DNA of 55,463 bases from Myxococcota bacterium. Its GTDB lineage: Bacteria > Myxococcota > XYA12-FULL-58-9 > JALHOP01. The notes under the pieces were generated by a model, which was given only the letters and a program-made list of their open reading frames with translations, did not search any database and was not told the origin of the DNA. Shown piece by piece: positions 1 through 8,418 of the stretch. The stretch lies in the NCBI GenBank assembly GCA_039809465.1, contig JBDHVB010000003.1:1-55463 (forward strand), written 5' to 3'. How positions within the stretch are numbered: the first letter of the stretch is position 1; each line of letters starts with the position of its first letter. The position numbers and the translations under genes were made by a program.

Positions 1-71
1 TGGGCGAGGGCCGACCACGGCGATGTTCATTCTTAGCCAAGAGAGATGGGGTGGCGTGTAGGTGTCTAGGA

Positions 72-1196
72 ATGGCGGTAGGCGCAGTCTCACACCAGAT
101 ACGCACCGCGCTAGGCCAGCGAAGCCTGGTTTCGGCGGGTCGTGGGAGCAGCCGTGACGTCTTGTTCGTGCGCCTGCTGCTCGGTCAGCCTGTTTCTCCG
201 GCGGTCCAACGGGTCATGCAGGGCGCGACGACACCGCGCGAGATGCTCGCTCGTCTCGATGACGCGATGAGCGTCGCGACTCAGGGCGATTTGATTAGGA
301 CGAAGGGGCTCGCGACAGCCATCACCGAGTGGCAGCAGCGCAACGGGCTGCACCGCGGTGGCTTTGGCCAGCAGTCCTATGCCTTCGCGATGTACGGCGC
401 CAGAATCGAGCCGGGGACGCGACTACTTACCAGCAGTAGGAGAGCTTCTCCTTCAGGTCGCGTCACGACAACCCGCGCCTCCGCAGCCCGTGTCCCCGCA
501 GAAAGGGCGGCGGGAGAGAGGCCCACCAGAGGGCTCCGGGCGGCCTTTGATAGAGCTGCCAGCGCGGTGAGTGATGCCGTTGATACGACTTTCAACGCAG
601 TCGGTAATGCCGTCAAAGCTGCGGGGGCGTTCGCTCGGCGTTTCGCCGGCAAGGTCGGCGACTACGTCTCCGGCGCCGTGCGCCACTGCACCGACGCAGT
701 GTACGCGCTCTTCTTTGGCGACAGCCGCCAAGCCATCAACAGGGGCTATGGGCTGCGCAGCACGTTCATCAATGAGAACCTCGTCGCGCGCGGGGTCGCA
801 GCCGGGCAATTCACCGGCATCTACAACAACTACAGCGCCAGGGCGCGCGCAGGTATCTTGCACGGCGCGCCGAACGCATCGGCGACTGACCCGAATACGC
901 TGCGCGCCGGCACGCATGTGGTCTTCTCCACGCGCGACCTGCATTCAGCGTATGCCGAGTCGGTTCAGCACGTGGGTTGGGTGACTCACGGTGGTGTGCG
1001 TTACCCCGTCTGGCGCATGCAAGAGATCTCTGCGTTCAGCAGCAGCGGGACCCGGTACGCCAGGAACACGCGCGAGATCACCACGGCACCAATCACCGGT
1101 AGCGGGCGGCACACCGGAACCGTCACCTACCTCGACGGTAGGGTCTCGCCCAGGAGCCTGCACGTGCTCGCCAAAGTTCAGTCCGCTCCGAGCTGA
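72..1196 (+). CDS. Hypothetical protein with a possible PG-binding-like motif and a C-terminal NlpC/P60/CHAP-like Cys-His domain
   Basis: ORF 51..1196, ATG at 72 chosen. Motifs AITEWQQRNGL..G.FG, HCTDAV and QHVGWV. Codon usage is less C/G-biased than in the core genes. Confidence 0.55.
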   Translation: MAVGAVSHQIRTALGQRSLVSAGRGSSRDVLFVRLLLGQPVSPAVQRVMQGATTPREMLARLDDAMSVATQGDLIRTKGLATAITEWQQRNGLHRGGFGQQSYAFAMYGARIEPGTRLLTSSRRASPSGRVTTTRASAARVPAERAAGERPTRGLRAAFDRAASAVSDAVDTTFNAVGNAVKAAGAFARRFAGKVGDYVSGAVRHCTDAVYALFFGDSRQAINRGYGLRSTFINENLVARGVAAGQFTGIYNNYSARARAGILHGAPNASATDPNTLRAGTHVVFSTRDLHSAYAESVQHVGWVTHGGVRYPVWRMQEISAFSSSGTRYARNTREITTAPITGSGRHTGTVTYLDGRVSPRSLHVLAKVQSAPS

Positions 1197-1342
1197 TCGA
1201 CCTGAGCTCAGGAGGCTTAGGCCGCTGCAGGGGCCGCGTCGAGCTTGCCGCGGTGGGTCTAGACGCCGAATAGGCGCGCGTATATACCGCGCGCCCATAA
1301 AATCCGTGGGCGCTGCCACCCATCGCCCCGAGGAGTTTGGTC

Positions 1343-2449
1343 GTGATCATCGGTGTGCCGAAGGAAGTCAAAGTCCACGAGTACCGTGTCGCCATCACCC
1401 CCGCCGGCGTGCGCATGTTGAAGTCGCGCGGCCATCAGGTCCTCATCGAGACCAACGCCGGTGTCGGCAGCGGCATCACCGACAAGCAGTACGAAGAAGC
1501 TGGCGCGACCATGATCGGCACGGCCGACGAGGTCTGGAAGCGCGGCGAGATGATCATGAAGGTGAAGGAGCCGGTCGTCTCCGAGCACGGCCGCATCCAG
1601 CCGAAGCAGACGATCTTCACCTATTTCCACCTCGCGGCGGTGCCCGAGCTCGCCCCGGTCCTCATCGAGAAGAAGGTCACCGCTATCGCGTACGAGACCA
1701 TCACCGCGCCCGACGGCACGCTGCCGCTATTGCAGCCGATGTCGATCGTCGCCGGCAAGATGAGCACTCAGATCGGCGCGACCCTGCTCGAGAAGGCGCG
1801 CGGCGGTAAGGGCGTTCTCCTTGGTGGCTTGCCGGGTGTCCGCCGTGGCCGCGTCGTCGTCCTCGGCGGCGGCACCGTCGGTCTCGCGGCCGCGAAGATC
1901 GCCATTGGTCTCGGCTCCATCGTCAGCATCATCGACATCTCGATCCCGCGTCTCGAGTACCTCGACGACATCCTGGGCAGCCGCGTGAACCTGCTGCACT
2001 CGAACCCCGACACCATCTCCGAGGAAGTGCGTCGCGCCGACCTGTTGATCGGCGCGGTGCTCGTGCCCGGCGCGCGCGCGCCGTCGCTCGTGTCGCGCAA
2101 GCTCGTGTCGGAGATGGAGGACGGCTCGGTCATCGTCGACGTCGCCATCGACCAAGGCGGCTGCATCGAGACCATCAAGGGCACCACCCACGAAGCCCCG
2201 ACCTACGTGGTCGACGGCGTCCTGCACTACGGCGTGACCAACATGCCGGGTGCGGTGGCCCACACCTCGACCTACGGCCTCACCAACGTGACGGCCCGCT
2301 ACGCCATGCAGCTCGCCGACCTCGGCGCCATCGAAGCCTGCAAGCGTGACCCGGGCCTCGCGGGTGGCCTGACCACGTACAACGGCGCGGTCTGCTACAA
2401 GGCCGTCGCCGACGCGCTGAAGCTCGAGTATCGCCCGGCGCTCGCCTAG
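1343..2449 (+). CDS. ald: Alanine dehydrogenase
   Basis: [19 protein letters not shown], Rossmann [32 protein letters not shown] at 1331, GTG at 1343. Confidence 0.96.
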   Translation: MIIGVPKEVKVHEYRVAITPAGVRMLKSRGHQVLIETNAGVGSGITDKQYEEAGATMIGTADEVWKRGEMIMKVKEPVVSEHGRIQPKQTIFTYFHLAAVPELAPVLIEKKVTAIAYETITAPDGTLPLLQPMSIVAGKMSTQIGATLLEKARGGKGVLLGGLPGVRRGRVVVLGGGTVGLAAAKIAIGLGSIVSIIDISIPRLEYLDDILGSRVNLLHSNPDTISEEVRRADLLIGAVLVPGARAPSLVSRKLVSEMEDGSVIVDVAIDQGGCIETIKGTTHEAPTYVVDGVLHYGVTNMPGAVAHTSTYGLTNVTARYAMQLADLGAIEACKRDPGLAGGLTTYNGAVCYKAVADALKLEYRPALA

Positions 2450-2479
2450 GCGATCCTTTCAAAGCCCATGGACCTTACG

Positions 2480-2518
2480 GCCTCCAGGTGGGAATAATAC
2501 CCCCTGGAGGCACGTTGT
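2480..2518 (+). promoter_or_regulatory. ECF-sigma (SigR/SigH-type) promoter GGAAT-N17-CGTT inside an inverted repeat
   Basis: GGAAT at 2491-2495 and CGTTG at 2513-2517, directly upstream of the ECF gene. Inverted repeat GCCTCCAGG (2480-2488) / CCTGGAGGC (2503-2511). Confidence 0.6.
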
Positions 2519-2524
2519 AACGAC

Positions 2525-3178
2525 ATGGGCTTCTTAGGCTTTGGCAAAAAGGCCAAACAACTCGATGAGTTCCAAGCCCTCATCGAGCAACATCTAGACG
2601 GGATGTTCCGTGTCGCGCTGCGTTATACGCGCGACAAGACGCTCGCCGAAGACTTGGTCCACGACACCGTCGTCCGCGCCCTGCGCTTCCAGGACAAGTT
2701 CGAGCGCGGCACCAACTTCAAGGCGTGGATCTACACGGTCCTCACCCATACGTTCATCCACCGCTACCGCCGGCAGAAGCGTGAGCGGGAGATCCTCGAA
2801 GGCGCCACTCAAGAAGACGTGGCGTCGCAGCTGCGCAGCGAGGCGTCGCGCGAGCTCGCCGCCCACCCCGAGGCGGCTTATGTCGAGCACATGCTCTCCG
2901 ACGACGTGGTGAAGGCGCTCGATTCGCTCCCCGAGGATTTCCGCAGCGTCGTGGTGCTCTGCGACCTCGAGGGTCTCGCTTACAAGGACATCGCCGACGC
3001 GGTCGACGTGCCCGTGGGCACCGTCATGAGCCGCCTCTATCGCGGACGCCGCCTGCTCGAGCAGAAGCTCGCGGGCCTCGCGGTGGAGCGCGGTATCATC
3101 AAGCCGAGCGCGGCGCAGGCCGAAGAGCAACAGCAAGTGCTCGACCTTCAAGCCTTCAAACGGCGTAAGAGCGGGTGA
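2525..3178 (+). CDS. rpoE: ECF RNA polymerase sigma factor (RpoE1-like)
   Basis: Region 2 AEDLVHDT..GTNFKAWIY and region 4 YKDIADAVDVPVGTVMSRLYRGR. Lies downstream of ald, as recalled for Myxococcus aldA-rpoE1. Confidence 0.93.
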   Translation: MGFLGFGKKAKQLDEFQALIEQHLDGMFRVALRYTRDKTLAEDLVHDTVVRALRFQDKFERGTNFKAWIYTVLTHTFIHRYRRQKREREILEGATQEDVASQLRSEASRELAAHPEAAYVEHMLSDDVVKALDSLPEDFRSVVVLCDLEGLAYKDIADAVDVPVGTVMSRLYRGRRLLEQKLAGLAVERGIIKPSAAQAEEQQQVLDLQAFKRRKSG

Positions 3179-3963
3179 CCTGCATGACCTCTTCGCCCAA
3201 CAATCGCATGCAATGCGACGAAGTCACCCGCGCCATTCCTTGGCTTCTCGACGAAGAGCTCGACAGTCAACAGGCGGCCGAGGTCGAAGCGCACCTGCAT
3301 GACTGCGCCGAATGCCGCGTCGTGCTGCAGCGCGAGGGCCAGCTGCGGCTCGCCGTGCGTCGCGCCGGTGAGCTCGAGGAGTGTCCCGACAGCCTGCGCA
3401 ACAAGGTGAGCAGCGCCTGCACGCGCGAGAAGCGCCGTCACCTCGCTTGGCAGCGCACCTGGCCAGCGATGTCGGCCGCGGCCATCCTCGCGTCGTTCAT
3501 CTGGCAGGGCACGACCGGCAATGCCGAGGCGCAAGACCTCGAGGAAGCCGCCGTCCGCCACGCCCGCAATCTCCCGATGGATGTCGTCGCTGGCGACCTC
3601 GGCAGGGTCGAGCAGTACTTCGACGGCAAGCTCCCGTTCGCGGTGCACGTGCCAGACATCGTGCGCAACCAGCCCGCGTCCATCCAGCTGGGTGGCCGCG
3701 TCATCGACTTGTCGAACCGCGAAGCAGCGTACGTCCGCTATGACCTACCGGGTGGCCGCATGTCGATGTTCGTCTACCCGGATCCCAACCCCCGCTTCTC
3801 GGAGGTCATCCCGGGCTACCAAATAGGGGACCGCCGCGTGCTCATTCGCCAGGTGCGCGGCTATACGACGGCGCAGTGGCACTCGCAGGGTCTTGTTTAC
3901 TCGGTGGTTACAGATCTGCCGGAACGCGAGCTTTCGACGGTGCTGACAGCCAATATGCGGTGA
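3175..3963 (+). CDS. Zinc-binding (ZAS, zf-HC2) anti-sigma factor
   Basis: HxxxCxxC motif (HLHDCAEC) and a central hydrophobic helix. Start overlaps the sigma stop (GTGA). Confidence 0.9.
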   Translation: MTCMTSSPNNRMQCDEVTRAIPWLLDEELDSQQAAEVEAHLHDCAECRVVLQREGQLRLAVRRAGELEECPDSLRNKVSSACTREKRRHLAWQRTWPAMSAAAILASFIWQGTTGNAEAQDLEEAAVRHARNLPMDVVAGDLGRVEQYFDGKLPFAVHVPDIVRNQPASIQLGGRVIDLSNREAAYVRYDLPGGRMSMFVYPDPNPRFSEVIPGYQIGDRRVLIRQVRGYTTAQWHSQGLVYSVVTDLPERELSTVLTANMR

Positions 3964-3975
3964 GAGGGTAGGGCT

Positions 3976-4026
3976 TATCGGCTATCGGCTATCGGCTATC
4001 GGCTATCGGCTATCGGCTATCGGCTA
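3976..4026. repeat. Perfect heptamer tandem repeat (TATCGGC)x7 plus TA
   Basis: Read directly, between two convergent stop codons. Confidence 0.97.
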
Positions 4027-4034
4027 ATAGTCCC

Positions 4035-6272
4035 CTAACCCCTCGTCCTCCCCTCCATCACCCTCGCCAACACCTGCCGCAACGCCATACTCCGCGTAAA
4101 AAACATCTTACGCATCTCCCTCCCCGGAATCCTCACCACCCTCGCCGGCGTCACCGCCCGCGCAGTCGTCTCCCGCGCCTTGCTCGAATACACCGCCGTC
4201 ATCTCACCGAAGAAATTATCCCGCGAATCCGCCGCGACCTGAGCCACCACACGCTCCCCGCGCTTGAGCTCCACGTCGCCTTGCACCAGCACGAAGAAAT
4301 CGTCGGCCATCTGGCCCTGATGCATGATGATCTCACCCGCCGGATACCTCTCCTCGATACCGCTCTTCGCCAGCAACGAGCGGTCCGAGATCGACAAGCT
4401 CGCAAACAACGCCGAGCCATCGAGCAGGGGACGCAGCATCCGCATCCGCTCGACACTATCATCGGCCCCCGTCTCCGCGATCGCGGTGTCGACGAGCTCG
4501 CCTGGCAAATCCATCACGATCATCGGCGTCATCGCCGTGATGGTGGCGCTAGCGCGGCCCGAGCCATCCACTCCCTCGAAGACGCCGAAAAAGTCCCCAG
4601 GACGCAGCACCCGCGCGTGACCCGTGCCCGGATGCTTGTCGTGCGACGAGGACGACGCAGCCCCAGCCACGATGACGGTCAAGGCATCGCGCACCCCTGA
4701 AGCTTCACCCGCGGTCGCGAGCGCGGTGCCCGCGGCGACCTCACGCAGCCGGCCACGGAAGAGCGCCTCCGCCAGGAAGGCCGGGCTGAAGAAGCCCATC
4801 TCGCCAAGGGCCGCGACGATGCGCTGCGGAGCGAGCGCCGCCGGTGAGAGACCCTCGATGAGGGTATAGACCTTACCTGGCGTCCCGATCTCGTGACCGA
4901 AGCCGCGCGTGTGCTCGTTGTCGGGGCAGTGATAATAGACCACGTGATTGGCGCTCTTCTGCCAATCCTTCGGGTGGCCGTGGATCAACGCCTCGCCGAC
5001 GTCGGCGAAGAAGAGGCTGCGCGGCACCTTCTCGTCGGGGACGAGCTGGCTCAAGTGATCCGCCATCGCGGTCGGGACGGCGCCGGCCTCGCGCATCTTG
5101 GCGAGCCCATCGAGGTGCAACGTGTCGCCGCTGACGACGATGCGGTGGGTGAGGCCCTGGTCGTCGCGCAAGCTCACGTCGACGCCGAGCGTCGGGATGG
5201 GGTGCACCGTGTAGAAGAAGTCGAAGGTGGCGCCGGCGATCTCGACGGCCTCGCCAGGCGTGACGCGGTGATAGTCGACGAGCTTCGCCACCTCCTCGGG
5301 GGTGCTGTCGAAGTAGTTCGCGAGCTTCACCAGGGCGCTGCGGTAGATGGCTTCGGTGGTGTAGACGCGCGGGCGGTGGCCCGTGGTGGTCAGCTCCACG
5401 AAGCTGTTCATGTGATCCTCGTGGCAGTGCGAGAGGATCAACGCGTCGATGTCCGCGAAAGCGACACCCTGGCTGTCGAGCAAGGTGCGGGTGCGCGCCG
5501 GGCCGTCGAAGAGCACGCCGCGGCCGTTCACCCAGAAGAGGAAGCCGGTGGTCGGACCCGTGAGGTCGAAGCCGCTGCGCACGCCGAGCGATTGGATACC
5601 GAAGCGCAGGGGTAGCAGGGCGTCCTGTGGCGTCGGCAGCGTGTTGAAGGGCGTGATGTCCGCCGGAACGGTCAGGTCGACGAGCTCTTTCTGGCCGCCC
5701 GCGGTCACCGTCACGCCCGCGCCGGCATCGCGTGTCAGCTCGAGCCGGCCATCGAAGAGGCTGACGCTGCCATCGGCCGCGAACGGCACGGTGCGCACCA
5801 TGTCCTCGACCTGCATGATGGCGCCACCACGCTTCACCGCCATGTGATTGCTGATGGCGGTGAGCATGCTCATGTCGGCTTCGCTCATCGCTGGCCGGCC
5901 TCGGTTGTCGCGGTAGCTCTCGAGCTCCGCCGCGCTCGGGCCGAGCAGGGTCATGCGTAGGGCGTCGCGCTCGCCCTTTTCACGGTGGCCGTCGGTGACC
6001 AGGACCATGCGCTCGTTCGCGAGGTCTGGCTTGAAGGCGGCGCCGTAGATGAACAAGAAGTCGTAGAGGAAGAACTCGGGCACGAACTGTGGCGTCGCAT
6101 GCGCCAACGTCTGCCGTGGCGCGACCAAGACGCGCGGGAAAGCGATCTTGTGGGTGTTGCAGTAGGCTTTGACCGCCTTGAAGGCGTCGGCTGGAGCGCC
6201 CAGCAGGACCGAGCCGTCATCGGTCACGACCAGGGCAACGCCGGGGTACGGACGATGAATGGCGAGGGGCAT
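4035..6272 (-). CDS. MBL-fold metallohydrolase with two C-terminal cyclic-nucleotide-binding domains (putative cNMP phosphodiesterase)
   Basis: SHCHEDH (HxHxDH), TVHPIPT, SGDT and two cNMP-like segments (PGDFFG..RASATITA; NFFGEM..RETTARA). ATG at 6272 chosen. Confidence 0.8.
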   Translation of the reverse strand: MPLAIHRPYPGVALVVTDDGSVLLGAPADAFKAVKAYCNTHKIAFPRVLVAPRQTLAHATPQFVPEFFLYDFLFIYGAAFKPDLANERMVLVTDGHREKGERDALRMTLLGPSAAELESYRDNRGRPAMSEADMSMLTAISNHMAVKRGGAIMQVEDMVRTVPFAADGSVSLFDGRLELTRDAGAGVTVTAGGQKELVDLTVPADITPFNTLPTPQDALLPLRFGIQSLGVRSGFDLTGPTTGFLFWVNGRGVLFDGPARTRTLLDSQGVAFADIDALILSHCHEDHMNSFVELTTTGHRPRVYTTEAIYRSALVKLANYFDSTPEEVAKLVDYHRVTPGEAVEIAGATFDFFYTVHPIPTLGVDVSLRDDQGLTHRIVVSGDTLHLDGLAKMREAGAVPTAMADHLSQLVPDEKVPRSLFFADVGEALIHGHPKDWQKSANHVVYYHCPDNEHTRGFGHEIGTPGKVYTLIEGLSPAALAPQRIVAALGEMGFFSPAFLAEALFRGRLREVAAGTALATAGEASGVRDALTVIVAGAASSSSHDKHPGTGHARVLRPGDFFGVFEGVDGSGRASATITAMTPMIVMDLPGELVDTAIAETGADDSVERMRMLRPLLDGSALFASLSISDRSLLAKSGIEERYPAGEIIMHQGQMADDFFVLVQGDVELKRGERVVAQVAADSRDNFFGEMTAVYSSKARETTARAVTPARVVRIPGREMRKMFFTRSMALRQVLARVMEGRTRG

Positions 6273-6388
6273 CGAACGAATTTGGTAGCAAGGATCGGTT
6301 GACGTAGCAAATTCACCTGACAAAGCACCCGCGGCAGGCCCATGCGGGTTTCCTTGCCCCATGGTCGGGTGGGCGACATAATCGCGCC

Positions 6389-7561
6389 ATGTCCAATGTT
6401 CTGATCATCGACAGCGAGCCCTCCGTCGCCCAGGCTCTCAAGGACGCTCTGTCGGCCCGCGGCGTCGACAGCCACATCACCGCGGACGGCACCGACGGCC
6501 TCGAATATGTCCGTTCCAACAAGCCCGACCTCATCATCCTCTGCGTCGAGCTGACGCGCGGCAGCGGCTATTCGGTCTGCAACAAGCTCAAGAAGGACGC
6601 CGGCATGGCGGCGATCCCGCTCATCCTGACGTCCAGTCAGGCCACCGAAGAGACCTTCGAGCAGCACAAGAAGCTGCGCACCCGCGCCGAAGCCTACGTG
6701 AAGAAGCCCTTCAGCCTGGACGCGATGATGGGCACCGTGGGCCAGTACGTGGAGCTGGGTGCCGTGGCGCCTGGTCACCAAGAGGTCGAGGTCTCCATCG
6801 ACGAGATGGAGGTCGAGATCCCGAACAACGCGCCGCAAGGCCGTCGGGCCGCGCCAACCACGCCGGCCGAGGACGAAGAGTTCCTCGACGTGAGCTTCGA
6901 GGGCGAAGACAGCAGCCCCAAGTCCGCGCCGCGCGATACCGCCGTGGGTCGCGAGCTCTTCTCGTCGGACGAGAGCGTGACGGCCGCCGAGCCGGCGCGT
7001 GTGCAGTCCGCTGCAGCGGTCGCCTCGAGCCCAGCTGTCGGCGCCAAGCTCTCCCCGCAAAGCGATGCCGAGCTCAATGGCCTCCGCAACGAGGTGAAGC
7101 AGCTGCGCGCCCGCGTGCAGAAGCTCGAGCAAGAGGCGCAGGAAAAGGAGGTCGCCTTCAACGACCGCCTGCTCGCGGAGAGCGCCCGTGCCCGCGACGC
7201 CCTCGAGTCGAAGAAGAAGCTCACGCAAGTCGAGCGCGAGATCGCCAAGTATCAGCAGGACGCCCAGAAGGCCCAAGCCGACGCCGAGACCGCCCGCGCG
7301 CAGATGCGCGACATGCAGGCCAAGGCAGACAGCATGGGCGGTGAGCGCAGCGAGCTCGCCGACAAGCTCGCGCAGGTCGTCGACAAGCTCAAGCAGGTCA
7401 CGAACGAGCGCGACCGCCTGCAGAGCGAGGTCACGAGCCTCCACGACGAGCAGAAGAACGCGAGCGCCGGTGTCGAGACCGCCGACCGGATGCGCGAGAA
7501 GGCCAAGAAGGCCGTCGACATCGCGATGCAGCTGCTGGAAGAGACGCGCCTGGTCAACTAG
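6389..7561 (+). CDS. frzS: FrzS-like pseudo-receiver plus coiled-coil motility protein
   Basis: Receiver domain lacking the phospho-acceptor Asp (DLIILCVEL), GYSVCNKLKKD, QHKKLRTRAEAY, acidic linker, long coiled coil ending KAVDIAMQLL. Synteny with ald-rpoE-anti-sigma. Confidence 0.72.
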   Translation: MSNVLIIDSEPSVAQALKDALSARGVDSHITADGTDGLEYVRSNKPDLIILCVELTRGSGYSVCNKLKKDAGMAAIPLILTSSQATEETFEQHKKLRTRAEAYVKKPFSLDAMMGTVGQYVELGAVAPGHQEVEVSIDEMEVEIPNNAPQGRRAAPTTPAEDEEFLDVSFEGEDSSPKSAPRDTAVGRELFSSDESVTAAEPARVQSAAAVASSPAVGAKLSPQSDAELNGLRNEVKQLRARVQKLEQEAQEKEVAFNDRLLAESARARDALESKKKLTQVEREIAKYQQDAQKAQADAETARAQMRDMQAKADSMGGERSELADKLAQVVDKLKQVTNERDRLQSEVTSLHDEQKNASAGVETADRMREKAKKAVDIAMQLLEETRLVN

Positions 7562-7670
7562 CGTTGGTGGGGACTCGTGTCGAGACCTGGCGCTGGCTTC
7601 GCACGCCGGTGCGGATTCCCATTTCCGCGAGCGTGCGGCGCGAGACCGTAAAGACGCGCACGTGGTGCTC

Positions 7671-7711
7671 TTGACGAGCGCGCCCGTCATGGTCACAACG
7701 ATATGACCATG
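7671..7711 (+). promoter_or_regulatory. TA operon promoter with palindromic operator
   Basis: TTGACG at 7671. Inverted repeat CATGGTCA (7688-7695)-N8-TGACCATG (7704-7711) overlaps the start codon. Confidence 0.6.
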
Positions 7712-8164
7712 TCACGCTCACGCCGCACTATCTCGGCCGCCGACTTCAAAGCTCGCTGCCTAGCTCTGCTCGATCGCGTCGACGCCTCGGGTGAAGAGAT
7801 CATCGTGACCAAACGTGGCCGCGCGGTCGCGCGTTTGGTCCCCATGCAAGCGCAGCGGAAGGCTTCGCTGCGTGGCAGCGTGCGCGTCCTCGGCGACATC
7901 GTGGCGCCGCTCGGTGACGAGTGGGAGGCCATGAAGTGCTCCTGCTCGACACCCACGCTTGGATCTGGCTCGCGAGTGAGCCGGCAAAGCTGGGGCGCGC
8001 CGTGCGTAAGCGACTCGCTTCCTCGACTCCAAGGGCAGTCGCGGCCATCAGCTGCTGGGAGATCGCGACGCTCGTCGACCGCAAGCGCATCGAGCTCGAC
8101 CGAGGCTCGGCTCAGTGGATGGACGACACGATGCAAGAGCTACGGCTGGAGCTTCTACCGTTGA
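7703..8164 (+). CDS. Phd/YefM-family antitoxin with apparent stop-codon loss and read-through extension
   Basis: ISAADFKARCLALLDRV..IIVTKRGRAVARLVP. Family-like sequence ends at about EWEAMK (7936). Confidence 0.85.
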   Translation: MTMSRSRRTISAADFKARCLALLDRVDASGEEIIVTKRGRAVARLVPMQAQRKASLRGSVRVLGDIVAPLGDEWEAMKCSCSTPTLGSGSRVSRQSWGAPCVSDSLPRLQGQSRPSAAGRSRRSSTASASSSTEARLSGWTTRCKSYGWSFYR

Positions 8165-8322
8165 CTCCAGCTATCGCGGCCCGCGCCTTCCAGCTCGGCG
8201 ATGCCTTTCACGGTGACCCGGCTGACCGGCTCATCGTCGCCACAGCCCTCGTCCACGGCGCCACGCTCGCAACCAAGGACCGGCTGATCGGCAAATCCGG
8301 CACGGTACCCACTCTTTGGTAA
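7936..8322 (+). CDS. vapC: VapC-family PIN-domain toxin
   Basis: LLLDTHAWIW, AISCWEI, HGDPADRLIVATA, TKD. SD GGAGG at 7924, GTG at 7936. Confidence 0.92.
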   Translation: MLLLDTHAWIWLASEPAKLGRAVRKRLASSTPRAVAAISCWEIATLVDRKRIELDRGSAQWMDDTMQELRLELLPLTPAIAARAFQLGDAFHGDPADRLIVATALVHGATLATKDRLIGKSGTVPTLW

Positions 8323-8418
8323 CGCCGCTCCCAAACGCACGCGAGGAGCCGCCTACCTTGCTCGGATAGGCAGCTCCTCGGTGGTTTCACACATGCAGTT
8401 CAGGAGGGAGTGTCGTTC

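Noticed and set aside
3976-4026. Heptamer arrays as CRISPR
   Set aside because: 7-nt units with no spacers and no cas genes.
7562-8418. TA module as part of a mobile element
   Set aside because: No transposase, integrase, terminal repeats or target-site duplication was recognised.
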